A stretch of 64,000 nucleotides of DNA, from the IMG/VR virus record IMGVR_UViG_3300026549_002532, positions 12,676 through 76,675 of that record. One strand, 5' to 3'. Both the position numbers and the translations under genes were made by a program. Numbering within the stretch: the first letter of the stretch is position 1; each line of letters begins with the position of its first letter. Shown one piece after another: positions 8,849-17,979 of the stretch. A model generated the notes under the pieces. It worked only from the letters and a program-made list of their open reading frames with translations. It had not been told where the DNA came from and searched no databases. Source of the DNA: a virus (lineage: Duplodnaviria; Caudoviricetes).

Positions 8849-10462
8849 TTATTTCACAACCTTCACAGTGCGGGTTGTGCCATCGCTCAGCGTCTCCACG
8901 ACGATGTTAACACCCTGGAAGGGCTTATCGCCGGTCATTCCGTTCATGTTGACATACTTCACGCTGACCACATCGGCGGCGTTGATATTGTCGACACCCG
9001 TAATCACGCCACCCTCGTCGGGAAGCTTAATCTTGAGCGTGCGAGGTGCGCCGGCAGCTCCACTGCCATTGACAGTCTGCCAGGGCAGGCTGCAACGGTG
9101 AGCAGACACTATACCACGCATACTTAAGATGAACTTGTCTTCATACAACACATAGCCCCCAGAAGCATATTCATCAGCACTGCCCCACAGCAGGCTGGTT
9201 GCTCCAGGATCAATTTCACCGATGTATTCGGTGGTGATATTGAACATGGGTTCCTCAAGATGTTCGGCATAGAGCAGCACTCCCGTATTCATGGGAATGA
9301 TATCATACTCCTCAACTGTCACCTCGTCGTTTTCCACACCGGTAACCACGTAGGCCGTTACGCCTTCGGGTACTTCCAGATTGTAGGCTCCGTAGTAGGT
9401 AGCCCAGTGGTTGCGTCCGGGGTCTAACACCACGCCATGCAGGTAGGCTTTATATATGGGAGCCACAATGATGTTATATTCAGGCATAACGAAAGAGAAG
9501 GTGCCGTCGCTATTGGCAGTTACTCCAATGTCGGCATGATCGAGGATACCTTCACCGTCAATAAAAATATTCAGTCCGGTTGCGACAAAGTCTTCGGCAG
9601 GAGTCGCAGTGGGTGTCACTGTTACCAGGGTACCTGCGGGTACGCCATCATTATCGGGCTGGTCGGTAGCGATTGTGCAATGCGCCAAGTCATTTCGAAG
9701 CGTAATCTTGTGTCTTATATCCTGGAACTCTGCGTTTATCCACACCCCATAGGGATATTCGGGCATAGTGAAGGTGTAGTTAGCAGGTAGGTCATGAGTG
9801 GCTACTAAGTCACCATCAGGATGGAAGGTTTCGCCAACCTGCGGTGCATGCTTTGGTGCCTGAGCTTCACCTCCGTTGATAATCCACTCGATGGTGATAT
9901 TGTCTTTGTCACAAATGTAGCCATAACCGGGGTTTACGGTGAGGGTCACGATATCGCCTTGAGCGGCTTCAGTCTTGTCGGCCTTAATGGTGCCGCCCTT
10001 GAAATTGCCCATATCATAGAGGATTACAGGGCAAGGAGCATAATTGATTTGCAACTCTTGGTTAGCTATGTCGTAGATGAAGCGATAAGTGCCGTCCCCA
10101 CCGATAATCATGTTGTCGCCTTCATTTGGCTTCACACTGGTAAAGGTATAAGGAATGTTTATAGCCACATGGTCATATCCACCATTGTTAGAGCCTATCC
10201 ACACACCCTCTTCAGCTCCATCAGGCACGAGGAAAAGCTTAAATTGGAATCCACTGACTGCTGAGAAATCAATGTAGAACTTGTCGGTAGAACCTTGGTA
10301 CGGTCGTAATTGATAATTGTTAGAACTCCAGCCAGGGCTGTCGTCTGTTACGCCTCCCCGCAAGTAATAGCGGTCGGCAGCGCTTGCGGCCATCGAGGTT
10401 GTCAGCATCATAGCCATCAGTGCGAAGGCTCTAAACCATTGTTTAGTAATACTTTTCGACAT
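8849..10462 (-). CDS. Secreted surface protein with InlB-B-repeat-like domains and Bacteroidales C-terminal sorting-like tail
   Basis: Signal peptide; GDIVTLTVNPGYGY-type repeats; VVSVKYVNMNG..KPFQGVNIVV C-terminus; terminator ~8790-8825. Confidence 0.75.
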   Translation of the reverse strand: MSKSITKQWFRAFALMAMMLTTSMAASAADRYYLRGGVTDDSPGWSSNNYQLRPYQGSTDKFYIDFSAVSGFQFKLFLVPDGAEEGVWIGSNNGGYDHVAINIPYTFTSVKPNEGDNMIIGGDGTYRFIYDIANQELQINYAPCPVILYDMGNFKGGTIKADKTEAAQGDIVTLTVNPGYGYICDKDNITIEWIINGGEAQAPKHAPQVGETFHPDGDLVATHDLPANYTFTMPEYPYGVWINAEFQDIRHKITLRNDLAHCTIATDQPDNDGVPAGTLVTVTPTATPAEDFVATGLNIFIDGEGILDHADIGVTANSDGTFSFVMPEYNIIVAPIYKAYLHGVVLDPGRNHWATYYGAYNLEVPEGVTAYVVTGVENDEVTVEEYDIIPMNTGVLLYAEHLEEPMFNITTEYIGEIDPGATSLLWGSADEYASGGYVLYEDKFILSMRGIVSAHRCSLPWQTVNGSGAAGAPRTLKIKLPDEGGVITGVDNINAADVVSVKYVNMNGMTGDKPFQGVNIVVETLSDGTTRTVKVVK

Positions 10463-10619
10463 ACAATTGTTGTTTTAGAGTTAATACTACTATTTAATTA
10501 GGGGCAAAATTACACATAATTTCACAATTTACCCCCCGAATGTTAAATAAACCTAAATAGTATAAATTCAACAAAATTATGCAGAATGCTAATCAGACTG
10601 TTAGTGTGTTATTTAGCAT

Positions 10620-10905
10620 GGTTCTGCTGGATTTGCAATCCAGCAGGATTGAGTATAAACATTTATAATGCGCAAATTTCGGATTGCAAAATTTGTGCAA
10701 GTCGAATACAATGCCAAGCCTGCTTGAACATTCTTGAGACACAGCCAAATTTATCTAAATCCTTATACTCAAATGCGGTCGGATTACAACCACGAAGTGC
10801 TCGCGACCGAATGGGAGCCCGAAGGGCAAGCGCAATGCGCGCAGCAAATCCGACCGAACTAGAGCCATAAACAAAGCAAATTCCCGAAAAGTCCAAACTT
10901 TTCGG
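10620..10905. repeat. Cluster of REP-like palindromes
   Basis: CTGCTGGATTTGCAATCCAGCAG, CGGTCGGATT...AATCCGACCG, AAATTCCCGAAAAG/CTTTTCGGGAATTT. Confidence 0.55.
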
Positions 10906-10969
10906 GAATTTAGCGTTAAGACAAGTCTCCTTGTGTTCTTGAGACTTTATGTTCTTATGTCTTATCGGG

Positions 10970-11365
10970 TTACTCGGTGACGCGCTCCAGCCACTTCACC
11001 ATGCTCCACATCACCACCATGGCGATGAGGCAGATGACGAAGAACACGGCCCAGCACATCCACAGCGACGGCAGCTTGTTGAGCATCACCGGGCCAATCC
11101 AGATGAACAAGTTGCCCAGTGCCGTGGCACCCAGCCACAGACCCTGGCAGATGCCTTGCAGGTGCTTAGGAGCAATCTTCGACACAAACGACAAGCCCAG
11201 CGGTGAGATGAACAACTCGGCAACCGTGAGGAAGAAGTAGGTGGCAATCAGCACCCACCACTGCGACTTCATAGCTGTCTGTTGCGCCAAATCCATGGCA
11301 CGGAAGTCCTCACCATTGGGATAACCGTTGCTCATGCTCACCACAAGGTAAACATTTTTCTTCAA
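10970..11365 (-). pseudogene. 3' fragment of a POT/PTR2 peptide transporter
   Basis: TYFFLTVAELFISPLGLSFVSKIAP motif; only last TM helices present. Confidence 0.8.
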
Positions 11366-11391
11366 TCAGTGGACTTTGAGATGCGAAAAAT

Positions 11392-11625
11392 TCAGAGAAA
11401 AATTTCCAATCCGTTTACCTCGAAGATGCAGCAAATTCGTGCCTGGCGAATTTGCCCGGAGTTGAGCAACTTGAACTGCTGCGTTCCCTTATAGAAATTG
11501 TATCGCAATGGGATGCAATTTTTCCACTCCTGGATCTCTCCCGATTTGGTCCAGAGCTTGAGGTCGACGGGGTCGCCGGCCTTAAGCATCTTGCGTAGCG
11601 TGGATATGTGTATTGATTGTGCCAT
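11392..11625 (-). CDS. Small conserved phage protein
   Basis: Coupled to upstream phage gene; phage-like GC. Confidence 0.6.
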   Translation of the reverse strand: MAQSIHISTLRKMLKAGDPVDLKLWTKSGEIQEWKNCIPLRYNFYKGTQQFKLLNSGQIRQARICCIFEVNGLEIFL

Positions 11626-12761
11626 CAGTTGTAGGTGGGATTATAGGGTGAAGTGAAAATCCTGTCGTGGTCCACGGAGAGGTAATCAGTTTGCAGGTAG
11701 GTGCGCCTGTCTGCATACTGATAGGTGAACTTGACTGAGTTAAGTTCGCCGTCGCGGTCGTGGATCTCGCAGGTGAAGTCGGTGATCAGCACCTGCGGCA
11801 TATAGGTGGGATTGTAGGAGCCGTAGGTCTCCTCGGAATAATCCTCTCGCTTGGTGGCCATCCTCACGTCGTGAGAATAGAAAAGTTGCTCAATCCACTT
11901 GGCTTGCTCGACTGTCAAGCCGGAAGTCTCGACCTCATACTCCTTCTCGTTCTGCTGGTTGTAGAACGTGGAGATGCGGTTCGTGACCGCGATTGAGCGG
12001 TCAACTTTCGGCTTGTGCGTGGTGACCGCTTGCAGGTCACACCGCTCAAAGACGTTGAAGGCATTGCGGAAATAGAGCGAGAGCGGCGGCTCGTGCGGCT
12101 GCACATAGAATGTGAAGGCACGCGCCCCGGCATGCACGCTGTAGGCGTGAATGGTGATAGCGTCTCGCGGTCGGCCCTGCGCCGGACTTTCGACAAGCCC
12201 CATCATCACCTCGTAGGTGACTTCGAGCCGATGAACGCGGTCGTAGTTCGACGTGCCGCAGTTCTCGGTGAGTTGATAGACGCGCGGCTCGCCGCCGTCG
12301 ATGCCGTCCACGCTGGCCACTACCTGGTAGCGGACGGTCTCTTGTGAGCCGGCCGCGATGAAGAAGTGCAGGAACTCCGTAGCCAGTGGCGACGTAAGTT
12401 TCCCTGCCATCGTGGTGAGGAAATTGTTGCGCAGAAACTCGCCGATGTCACCAGTGAAGTGCTGTTCAAGATACAGGACTTTGAAGGTGGCCAGGGTTTG
12501 CGTCGCGCCGTTATGCTTAACGCGCAGCGCAAACTCATCGAGCGAGATGTCGCGGTCGCGCAGGTAATACTCGATTACCGAGCGCAGGTCGTGAATGGTG
12601 ATATTGTGGCCGTATGGAAAGTGCACGGCGGAGAAGATGGTCATGTCTGGAACATCGAGCATGATCTCTGCCTCGTTGTCGTCGGTGACCGAAATGGAAA
12701 TGTCGGGCACCTGCGACGAAAACATCAGTTCGTCCAGCCGGGTATTTAATGTTGCTGCCAT
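11625..12761 (-). CDS. Hypothetical phage structural protein (likely start MAATL at 12761)
   Basis: TAATTTTG -7 element at 12783-12790 supports this start; LYFRNAFNVFE motif. Confidence 0.6.
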   Translation of the reverse strand: MAATLNTRLDELMFSSQVPDISISVTDDNEAEIMLDVPDMTIFSAVHFPYGHNITIHDLRSVIEYYLRDRDISLDEFALRVKHNGATQTLATFKVLYLEQHFTGDIGEFLRNNFLTTMAGKLTSPLATEFLHFFIAAGSQETVRYQVVASVDGIDGGEPRVYQLTENCGTSNYDRVHRLEVTYEVMMGLVESPAQGRPRDAITIHAYSVHAGARAFTFYVQPHEPPLSLYFRNAFNVFERCDLQAVTTHKPKVDRSIAVTNRISTFYNQQNEKEYEVETSGLTVEQAKWIEQLFYSHDVRMATKREDYSEETYGSYNPTYMPQVLITDFTCEIHDRDGELNSVKFTYQYADRRTYLQTDYLSVDHDRIFTSPYNPTYN

Positions 12762-12926
12762 AGTTGTTGCCTTTTGTTGGGACAAAATTACTTTGCCACC
12801 GTAGGTTGGCAAAAGACAACAATTCGGGTCATGTGTGTCCCTGGGTGCCTGGTGTCGGTCGCTCACGTTCCGCCATGAATGAGAAAAGCCGCATTGCTGC
12901 GGCTCTCTCGGAGTGGTGGGCGGTGC

Positions 12927-13160
12927 TTACCATTCCTCGCAAGGGGTGATAATGTCATTGCCGAAGGCTTGTTCTTCAATGTCGTAAAACTCATCGGAAA
13001 GGCTGGCAAGATACTTGAAATTCCAGCGATTTTTCTTCATCTTCAGCAGCACAGAAATCAGCTTTGAGGCATGCTTGATGTCAAGTGCGCTAATGTCCAC
13101 CTTGCAGTAATAGGGGTGCAGCTTCTTCAGCAGTTCGATTTGTTTTGTTGTTGCTTTCAT
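12927..13160 (-). CDS. Hypothetical protein (MKATTKQIELL...)
   Basis: Last gene of small operon; hairpin terminator ~12880-12910. Confidence 0.55.
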   Translation of the reverse strand: MKATTKQIELLKKLHPYYCKVDISALDIKHASKLISVLLKMKKNRWNFKYLASLSDEFYDIEEQAFGNDIITPCEEW

Positions 13161-13217
13161 TGTCTCGGTTGTTTTATGGTGGGCGGCTTGCGCTCGCCCA
13201 CCTTGTTAGACTTCAAA

Positions 13218-13823
13218 TTACTTGCTCTCTTTCTTGGCGCTCTTGCGTGCGGCTTTCTTCTTGGGTGCGCTCTCGGTGAACTGCTGCGGCTCATCGCAAA
13301 TTGCTACTCTCTTGCCGGCTCTCACAATCTTGGGCAGGTATGTGTCGAGGCTTGCGGCAGGAAAAGCGGCTTGTTGGGCGGTGATGTCCTTTGCGCTTGT
13401 ACGGGTGAGGGTGATGCCTAAAACTTCGCTCAATGTCTTTGCATCATCGGCAAAAGAACCATAAAAATCGCCCATGCGGAAAAGCAAAAGTGTGTCGGGG
13501 TGCTTGTGCTTCATGGCTTCAAAAGCCTTTGCCAGTGCGCTCTGCTCGGCGGCTTGCTCGGCTTCGGGTGCTGCGCTCTCCTGCGGTGCGGCTTGCTCGG
13601 CTTGTGCCTTGCTTGCCTCAACGTCAGCCATCAATTTTGTGTAAATAGCTTTGGGCAGGATTGCACCGCTGCGCTTGCGCAATAGGAAACAATAGCGTAA
13701 CGCCTTGATGGGCTGGGCGAAGAAAAATTCATCGCTCTTGGTGTTCTCACTGAGGCGGTAAACGTGCCACATTTGGCTACCGCTCTTAACTTCTCGCTTG
13801 CTTGCTAAAATCAAATTTGCCAT
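13218..13823 (-). CDS. Stand-alone MutS domain I protein (likely start MANLIL at 13823)
   Basis: HPDTLLLFRMGDFY..FADDAKTLSEVLGITLT..FP...LDTYLPKIVRAGKRVAICDE. Confidence 0.85.
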   Translation of the reverse strand: MANLILASKREVKSGSQMWHVYRLSENTKSDEFFFAQPIKALRYCFLLRKRSGAILPKAIYTKLMADVEASKAQAEQAAPQESAAPEAEQAAEQSALAKAFEAMKHKHPDTLLLFRMGDFYGSFADDAKTLSEVLGITLTRTSAKDITAQQAAFPAASLDTYLPKIVRAGKRVAICDEPQQFTESAPKKKAARKSAKKESK

Positions 13824-13872
13824 AATGGTAGAATTTAGAAATTTATGAATAGTGTTATTAACTCGGTGCTTG

Positions 13873-14118
13873 TTATTGCTCGCAATAGACATTGCAGTAA
13901 CTAACTTGTGTACCTTGCGACATAGCCATTTGTGCGGCTTGCTCGCTTGCCTCATCAGCCGTGCTTGCCTCGACTTGGAAAGTGTGTACCTCATTATCGA
14001 AGTCAACCACATCAACCGTGAAATTATTGAGTGCGGTAGAGCGGTAAGCTTTTTTACAAACTCTGCTCTCGGCTGCGGCAGAAGTGAAAAAGTACGATGT
14101 GTTGTAAGGAGCTGTCAT
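13873..14118 (-). CDS. Small hypothetical protein, first gene after hairpin promoter
   Basis: ORF track (shortened to MTAPY start). Confidence 0.5.
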   Translation of the reverse strand: MTAPYNTSYFFTSAAAESRVCKKAYRSTALNNFTVDVVDFDNEVHTFQVEASTADEASEQAAQMAMSQGTQVSYCNVYCEQ

Positions 14119-14127
14119 AACTGTATG

Positions 14128-14398
14128 AATTTTTAGGAGTGAATAAATCATTGATTACGTATATCGCGTATAAGCTTTTTACGGAACTTTATAAAGTGAG
14201 GCAGGAAAGTGACCGGCAGCAAGGCTTGCCCAAAAATTTTCTTCCCGTAGGGCTTGCCATTTTTCGGGCGCAACCCTAAAAATTGAAGAGAAATTTTGGA
14301 GCAACTTGTATAGCCTTGCAGAGAACGGCTGCCCTTAACTTTGTGACGGAAAAACTAATACAGGGCGATAGCAGTAATCAATTATTCACCTAAAAATC
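14128..14398 (-). promoter_or_regulatory. Candidate ssDNA (Frpo-like) hairpin promoter 1
   Basis: ~270 nt imperfect inverted repeat; TAACTTTG 14336-14343 and CTTG ~14315-14318 on right arm pair with non-consensus left arm. Confidence 0.6.
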
Positions 14399-14598
14399 GT
14401 TATGGCGGCTCCCCACATCGTGCCACTTCTGTAGCACCCGAGAGCAGATAAAACAAAGCAAGGAGAAGAACGGTGCCAGCCGTTTCCTCTCCTTACCCTG
14501 AAAAAATAGAACTGCCACCGGCAGTTTCTATAAAACAAAAAGGGTGAGCCATTGCTGACCCACCCACGGCTACGAAAGCCAAAGTTAAAATTTAGCGG

Positions 14599-15024
14599 TT
14601 ATTTGTTGCGATAGTCGATGTCGCCGATTACATCCTCTGGTGTATAGTCGGCAGGAAAATCCTTTGTCAAGATAAAGTGCCACACATGAGACTTGCCACC
14701 CATTCCGCCAAAGCCTCCGCTCTCGGTGATGATGATAGCGTCCTTGTATTCCCAGCCACGCTTTGCCATGTAAGCGAAAACGCTCATGGGTGAGGCAAAC
14801 GAATACTTCTTGTCGCGGCTGCTGTCGTAGATCCAGCCGTTGGCATACTTGGCCTTTTCGGCGATGCCGAAGTCAACCAATGCGTTCACGTCTTGCTTGA
14901 ACAGGTTGTACTGGACGCACATCACTTCGCAGTACACTTTCACTTTCTCGGTGCTCTCGCTCGTTTGAGCGTTGGCAGCTATGCCCATGACGCACAGTGC
15001 CAGGATAAGCATTACTTTCTTCAT
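14599..15024 (-). CDS. Secreted hypothetical protein
   Basis: Signal peptide MKKVMLILALCVMGIAANAQ. Confidence 0.75.
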   Translation of the reverse strand: MKKVMLILALCVMGIAANAQTSESTEKVKVYCEVMCVQYNLFKQDVNALVDFGIAEKAKYANGWIYDSSRDKKYSFASPMSVFAYMAKRGWEYKDAIIITESGGFGGMGGKSHVWHFILTKDFPADYTPEDVIGDIDYRNK

Positions 15025-15032
15025 AGTCGGTA

Positions 15033-15818
15033 TTATTTAATGGTGTTGTATTCTGTCTTCATTTCGGGCATGATGTCGAGCATACGCGAATATTCAGCCT
15101 TGACTTCGGCATTTGCGCCAGTCGAAGCCGGAGCAAGTTGCCGCTTCATCATCTTCATTGATTGAGATGGTGCTGAACTTGAGCCGGTGTATTTAGCGTA
15201 GCTGATAAAATACACCACTTGCGAGTTCATCGTTTCTAACTGTAAGATGATGATGTACTGCTTGTCTGCACTTAAAAAGCCGAAATAATTATTCTCCTCA
15301 TCCTTTGTGACGTAGATATAACGCTCAGCCATGAAGCTGACAAGTTCATCCATACTAACAGATGTAATAGGAATAATGACGGACGAGAGAGTTAACGCCG
15401 AGTTTGTAAACGAATAACCGACGATTGAAACAGGGTATTTACCAGTGTACAGAAGGATTTTGTCGGTTTCACTTGCCAAAGTGTAACCCGACATAAAACT
15501 CTTAACCGTAGATTTGCTCGCGCCAAATTGTAGGCACGGAATCTCATAAGTGTTGTACTTGGGAGTGACCGTGACCTTGAACGACTTGTTGCCGTTGCGA
15601 ATGTAGGTCTCGCCTACATGCTCGGCCTTAACGCCAGCCGTCGAAACGCTTGCGATAAGCTCGTTGTCCGAAGTCCAGCCAGTGCTGCCGCCCGGGATTG
15701 AATACACACTGCCAACTGCCAAAGTTTGGTTTGAGTAGTTTGGCTCATCGTTATCGCTGCCGCATGAAGCAATAGCCAGCGGCAAGATAAGCAACGTGAG
15801 TAAAAGTAGTTTCTTCAT
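15033..15818 (-). CDS. Lipoprotein (likely start MKKLLLL at 15818)
   Basis: Lipobox IASCG followed by acidic residues; promoter at 15861-15868. Confidence 0.8.
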   Translation of the reverse strand: MKKLLLLTLLILPLAIASCGSDNDEPNYSNQTLAVGSVYSIPGGSTGWTSDNELIASVSTAGVKAEHVGETYIRNGNKSFKVTVTPKYNTYEIPCLQFGASKSTVKSFMSGYTLASETDKILLYTGKYPVSIVGYSFTNSALTLSSVIIPITSVSMDELVSFMAERYIYVTKDEENNYFGFLSADKQYIIILQLETMNSQVVYFISYAKYTGSSSAPSQSMKMMKRQLAPASTGANAEVKAEYSRMLDIMPEMKTEYNTIK

Positions 15819-15860
15819 AATACAAACGTTTTTGAAGGTGAAACATCTGTTAATTGTTGG

Positions 15861-15895
15861 CAAAGGTATGGCCCAAAAGTGCGCTCTATCTGCAC
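15861..15895 (-). promoter_or_regulatory. GTGC-N9-GCAC operator A plus -7 element
   Basis: GTGCGCTCTATCTGCAC 15879-15895; TACCTTTG 15861-15868; 10 bp spacer. Confidence 0.75.
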
Positions 15896-16158
15896 AGCAA
15901 AAAATATTTTCAAAAAAAAGTGGCAAGGTCGGTTTATTTCCGTCCCTGCCATGATGCAGATAGAGACCGCAAGGGTTGTTAAATCTTTTTGATTTGTAGT
16001 TTGAACAAATCAGTCTTTCTACCGTTGAAAGTGTAGCCGATGCCAAACGAGAAATTGAAACGGCGTTTCTTTTTCTCGGTTGTAACTTCACTTGATCTGT
16101 GCTGCTCGATTACAGCAAAATTTGGTTGGGCGTTTGTTGGTTCCATGATTCACTATTG

Positions 16159-16872
16159 TTAATCGTTACAATACTTTATTAACATCGCATACATCATTTC
16201 ATACAATCCTAATGAAATGAGTGTTGTGGCATCACCATCGTGATCAATTCCTACCGTTGCAGTCCTATCATGTGTCAATACTAAATTTATCATAGTTCCC
16301 AAATATGCTGCTTCTGCCGCAACGCGGTCGAGAGTTTCCCACTCCTCGCCGTCATTATATATTTTTGCCTTGGGATTTGCCCCTAGTTTGAGCAGACGCT
16401 CCATTTCTTTTACCTGCAATTTACACACAGCGACATATAGGTCAATGTCGAGCTGTGTTGCACCAAACTTCGTGAGTTGAGATTTGTCTTTAATCCAGAA
16501 CACGTCTTCTATAGATGCGTCTGTTTCATCGCTATAGATAAAACCTGCACCGCTTTGACCATAGTCAATGTATGGGATTTCGTCGTCGAATGAAAAGTTG
16601 CTGAACTTGTCGATGAGGATTTGTTTGATTTCTTCATTGAGCTTCAGCGTTTCGCGCACTTTTTCCACATAGCCGGATTGCCATCCTTCGGGTTGTTGAA
16701 TGGCACGCTCTACCGACATGGTGATGAAGTGCAACGGAATATACACACTCCATGTGTAAAGTGCCGGCATCGGTTCGCCATCGGGAATGGTGGCAAGCGT
16801 TTTCCGCAACCTTTCTGGAGCCGTATTAAGCAATGCGAAAGCGATTTCTCGAATTTTATCTTGAAAAATCAT
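16159..16872 (-). CDS. Hypothetical protein with ankyrin-like C-terminal motif
   Basis: LYVAVCKLQVKEMERLLKLGANP; own operator/promoter. Confidence 0.65.
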   Translation of the reverse strand: MIFQDKIREIAFALLNTAPERLRKTLATIPDGEPMPALYTWSVYIPLHFITMSVERAIQQPEGWQSGYVEKVRETLKLNEEIKQILIDKFSNFSFDDEIPYIDYGQSGAGFIYSDETDASIEDVFWIKDKSQLTKFGATQLDIDLYVAVCKLQVKEMERLLKLGANPKAKIYNDGEEWETLDRVAAEAAYLGTMINLVLTHDRTATVGIDHDGDATTLISLGLYEMMYAMLIKYCND

Positions 16873-16889
16873 GAGTTATATTTTTGCCG

Positions 16890-16924
16890 CAAAGATATGG
16901 CTCAAAAGTGCGCTCTATCTGCAC
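16890..16924 (-). promoter_or_regulatory. GTGC-N9-GCAC operator B plus -7 element
   Basis: GTGCGCTCTATCTGCAC 16908-16924; TATCTTTG 16890-16897; 10 bp spacer. Confidence 0.75.
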
Positions 16925-16963
16925 AACATAGAAAAAATGCACTGTTTAATAAAATTTTCAGCG

Positions 16964-17485
16964 TTAGTACATTGTTTGAGTGTCGCAATCACCTGACGGG
17001 GGCAATGGCAAGCCACGACCATCAACCATAGTTAGCGGAGTGTAGCCGTCACGAAGTGCGTTTGTGTATTCGGCAAAAGCATAGATGTAATGCCCATTGT
17101 GCGCTTGCTCGACTGCGAGTTTGAACCATTCGACATATTCGGGATCTCGACCGAGTGCAAATCGGGAGAGTTCCCGATATTCCTCGATGATGCGCAAAGC
17201 GTTTTCATGAGGAGTCATGTCGGAATAATCCCACGGCAGATTGCAGTTGTGCGTCAATACGGCCAATTCATTATCGGTTGTATCGCAGAACAAACCGCAA
17301 TCTTTCCAAGAGTTTTGCTTCACGGTTAGCCAACAGCGATAGCCAGCACCGTTTGGACTGATGTAAGCACAAACACGGAATTTCTCATAGCCTAGTTTAT
17401 GAAGCTCGGCTACAGTATCGAAATATTTGACAAACTGTTTATGATAATCCTCCATAGTGTTTATGCGATTAGTTGGCATAGGCAC
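16964..17485 (-). CDS. Hypothetical protein, last gene of defence cluster
   Basis: ORF track; overlaps upstream stop. Confidence 0.6.
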   Translation of the reverse strand: MPMPTNRINTMEDYHKQFVKYFDTVAELHKLGYEKFRVCAYISPNGAGYRCWLTVKQNSWKDCGLFCDTTDNELAVLTHNCNLPWDYSDMTPHENALRIIEEYRELSRFALGRDPEYVEWFKLAVEQAHNGHYIYAFAEYTNALRDGYTPLTMVDGRGLPLPPSGDCDTQTMY

Positions 17486-17979
17486 GTGGCGAGCAGGACT
17501 ACCTGCGGTAGTGATGGCAGCGACGTGTCGGTGCGGTTAGCGAGGTAAGTGTCAACGAGGACTTTGCGAAGCTGTTGGGCGGTAGCCGGCTCTTTCATCA
17601 GCTCGAAAAGTTCGTGGTCAATCTCTGCGCACTTGTAGAAGTTACGCAGGGTGGAGATGGCATAACTACTGGGCGAGTTGCCCGGAACACGGGGAACGAG
17701 CCGCCAGAACGGCTCACCGCTCATGTGGTAGTACGGCATCCCGATATTGGGCTTGAAGTGAGCGATGTGACGCGTGTAGCGCAAATCGTTCAACTTGAAA
17801 GCCGTGAGCAGAGCCTCGCTCAGCTCAATCTGAGGCGAGCGAATGATGCCGCACTCCACCAGGTCGATGACTGCCAACAGCAGCAGCGGCTTGTGCGGTG
17901 CCAGCTGCCCACCTTTCTTGTTCACCGAAAGGTGGTCAAAGCACTGCAGATAATATGCCAAACCCTTATCGCCCATCAT
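17461..17979 (-). CDS. Stand-alone SBD-like (phosphorothioate-recognition-type) domain, no HNH
   Basis: APHKPLLLLAVIDL..MPYYHM..EPFWRL motifs of SBD-HNH nucleases; hydrophobic tail instead of nuclease. Confidence 0.65.
   Translation of the reverse strand: MMGDKGLAYYLQCFDHLSVNKKGGQLAPHKPLLLLAVIDLVECGIIRSPQIELSEALLTAFKLNDLRYTRHIAHFKPNIGMPYYHMSGEPFWRLVPRVPGNSPSSYAISTLRNFYKCAEIDHELFELMKEPATAQQLRKVLVDTYLANRTDTSLPSLPQVVLLATCLCQLIA

Noticed and set aside
15954-15970. Sixth operator ATGCAGATAGAGACCGC
   Set aside because: Only one half-site matches and there is no convincing -7 box at 10 bp; left uncalled
15819-16091. N-terminal extension of the lipoprotein ORF (likewise 3657-3713, 13824-14015, 47475-47522, 49792-49884)
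   Set aside because: Extensions run through promoter elements; downstream ATGs give proper signal peptides or family starts
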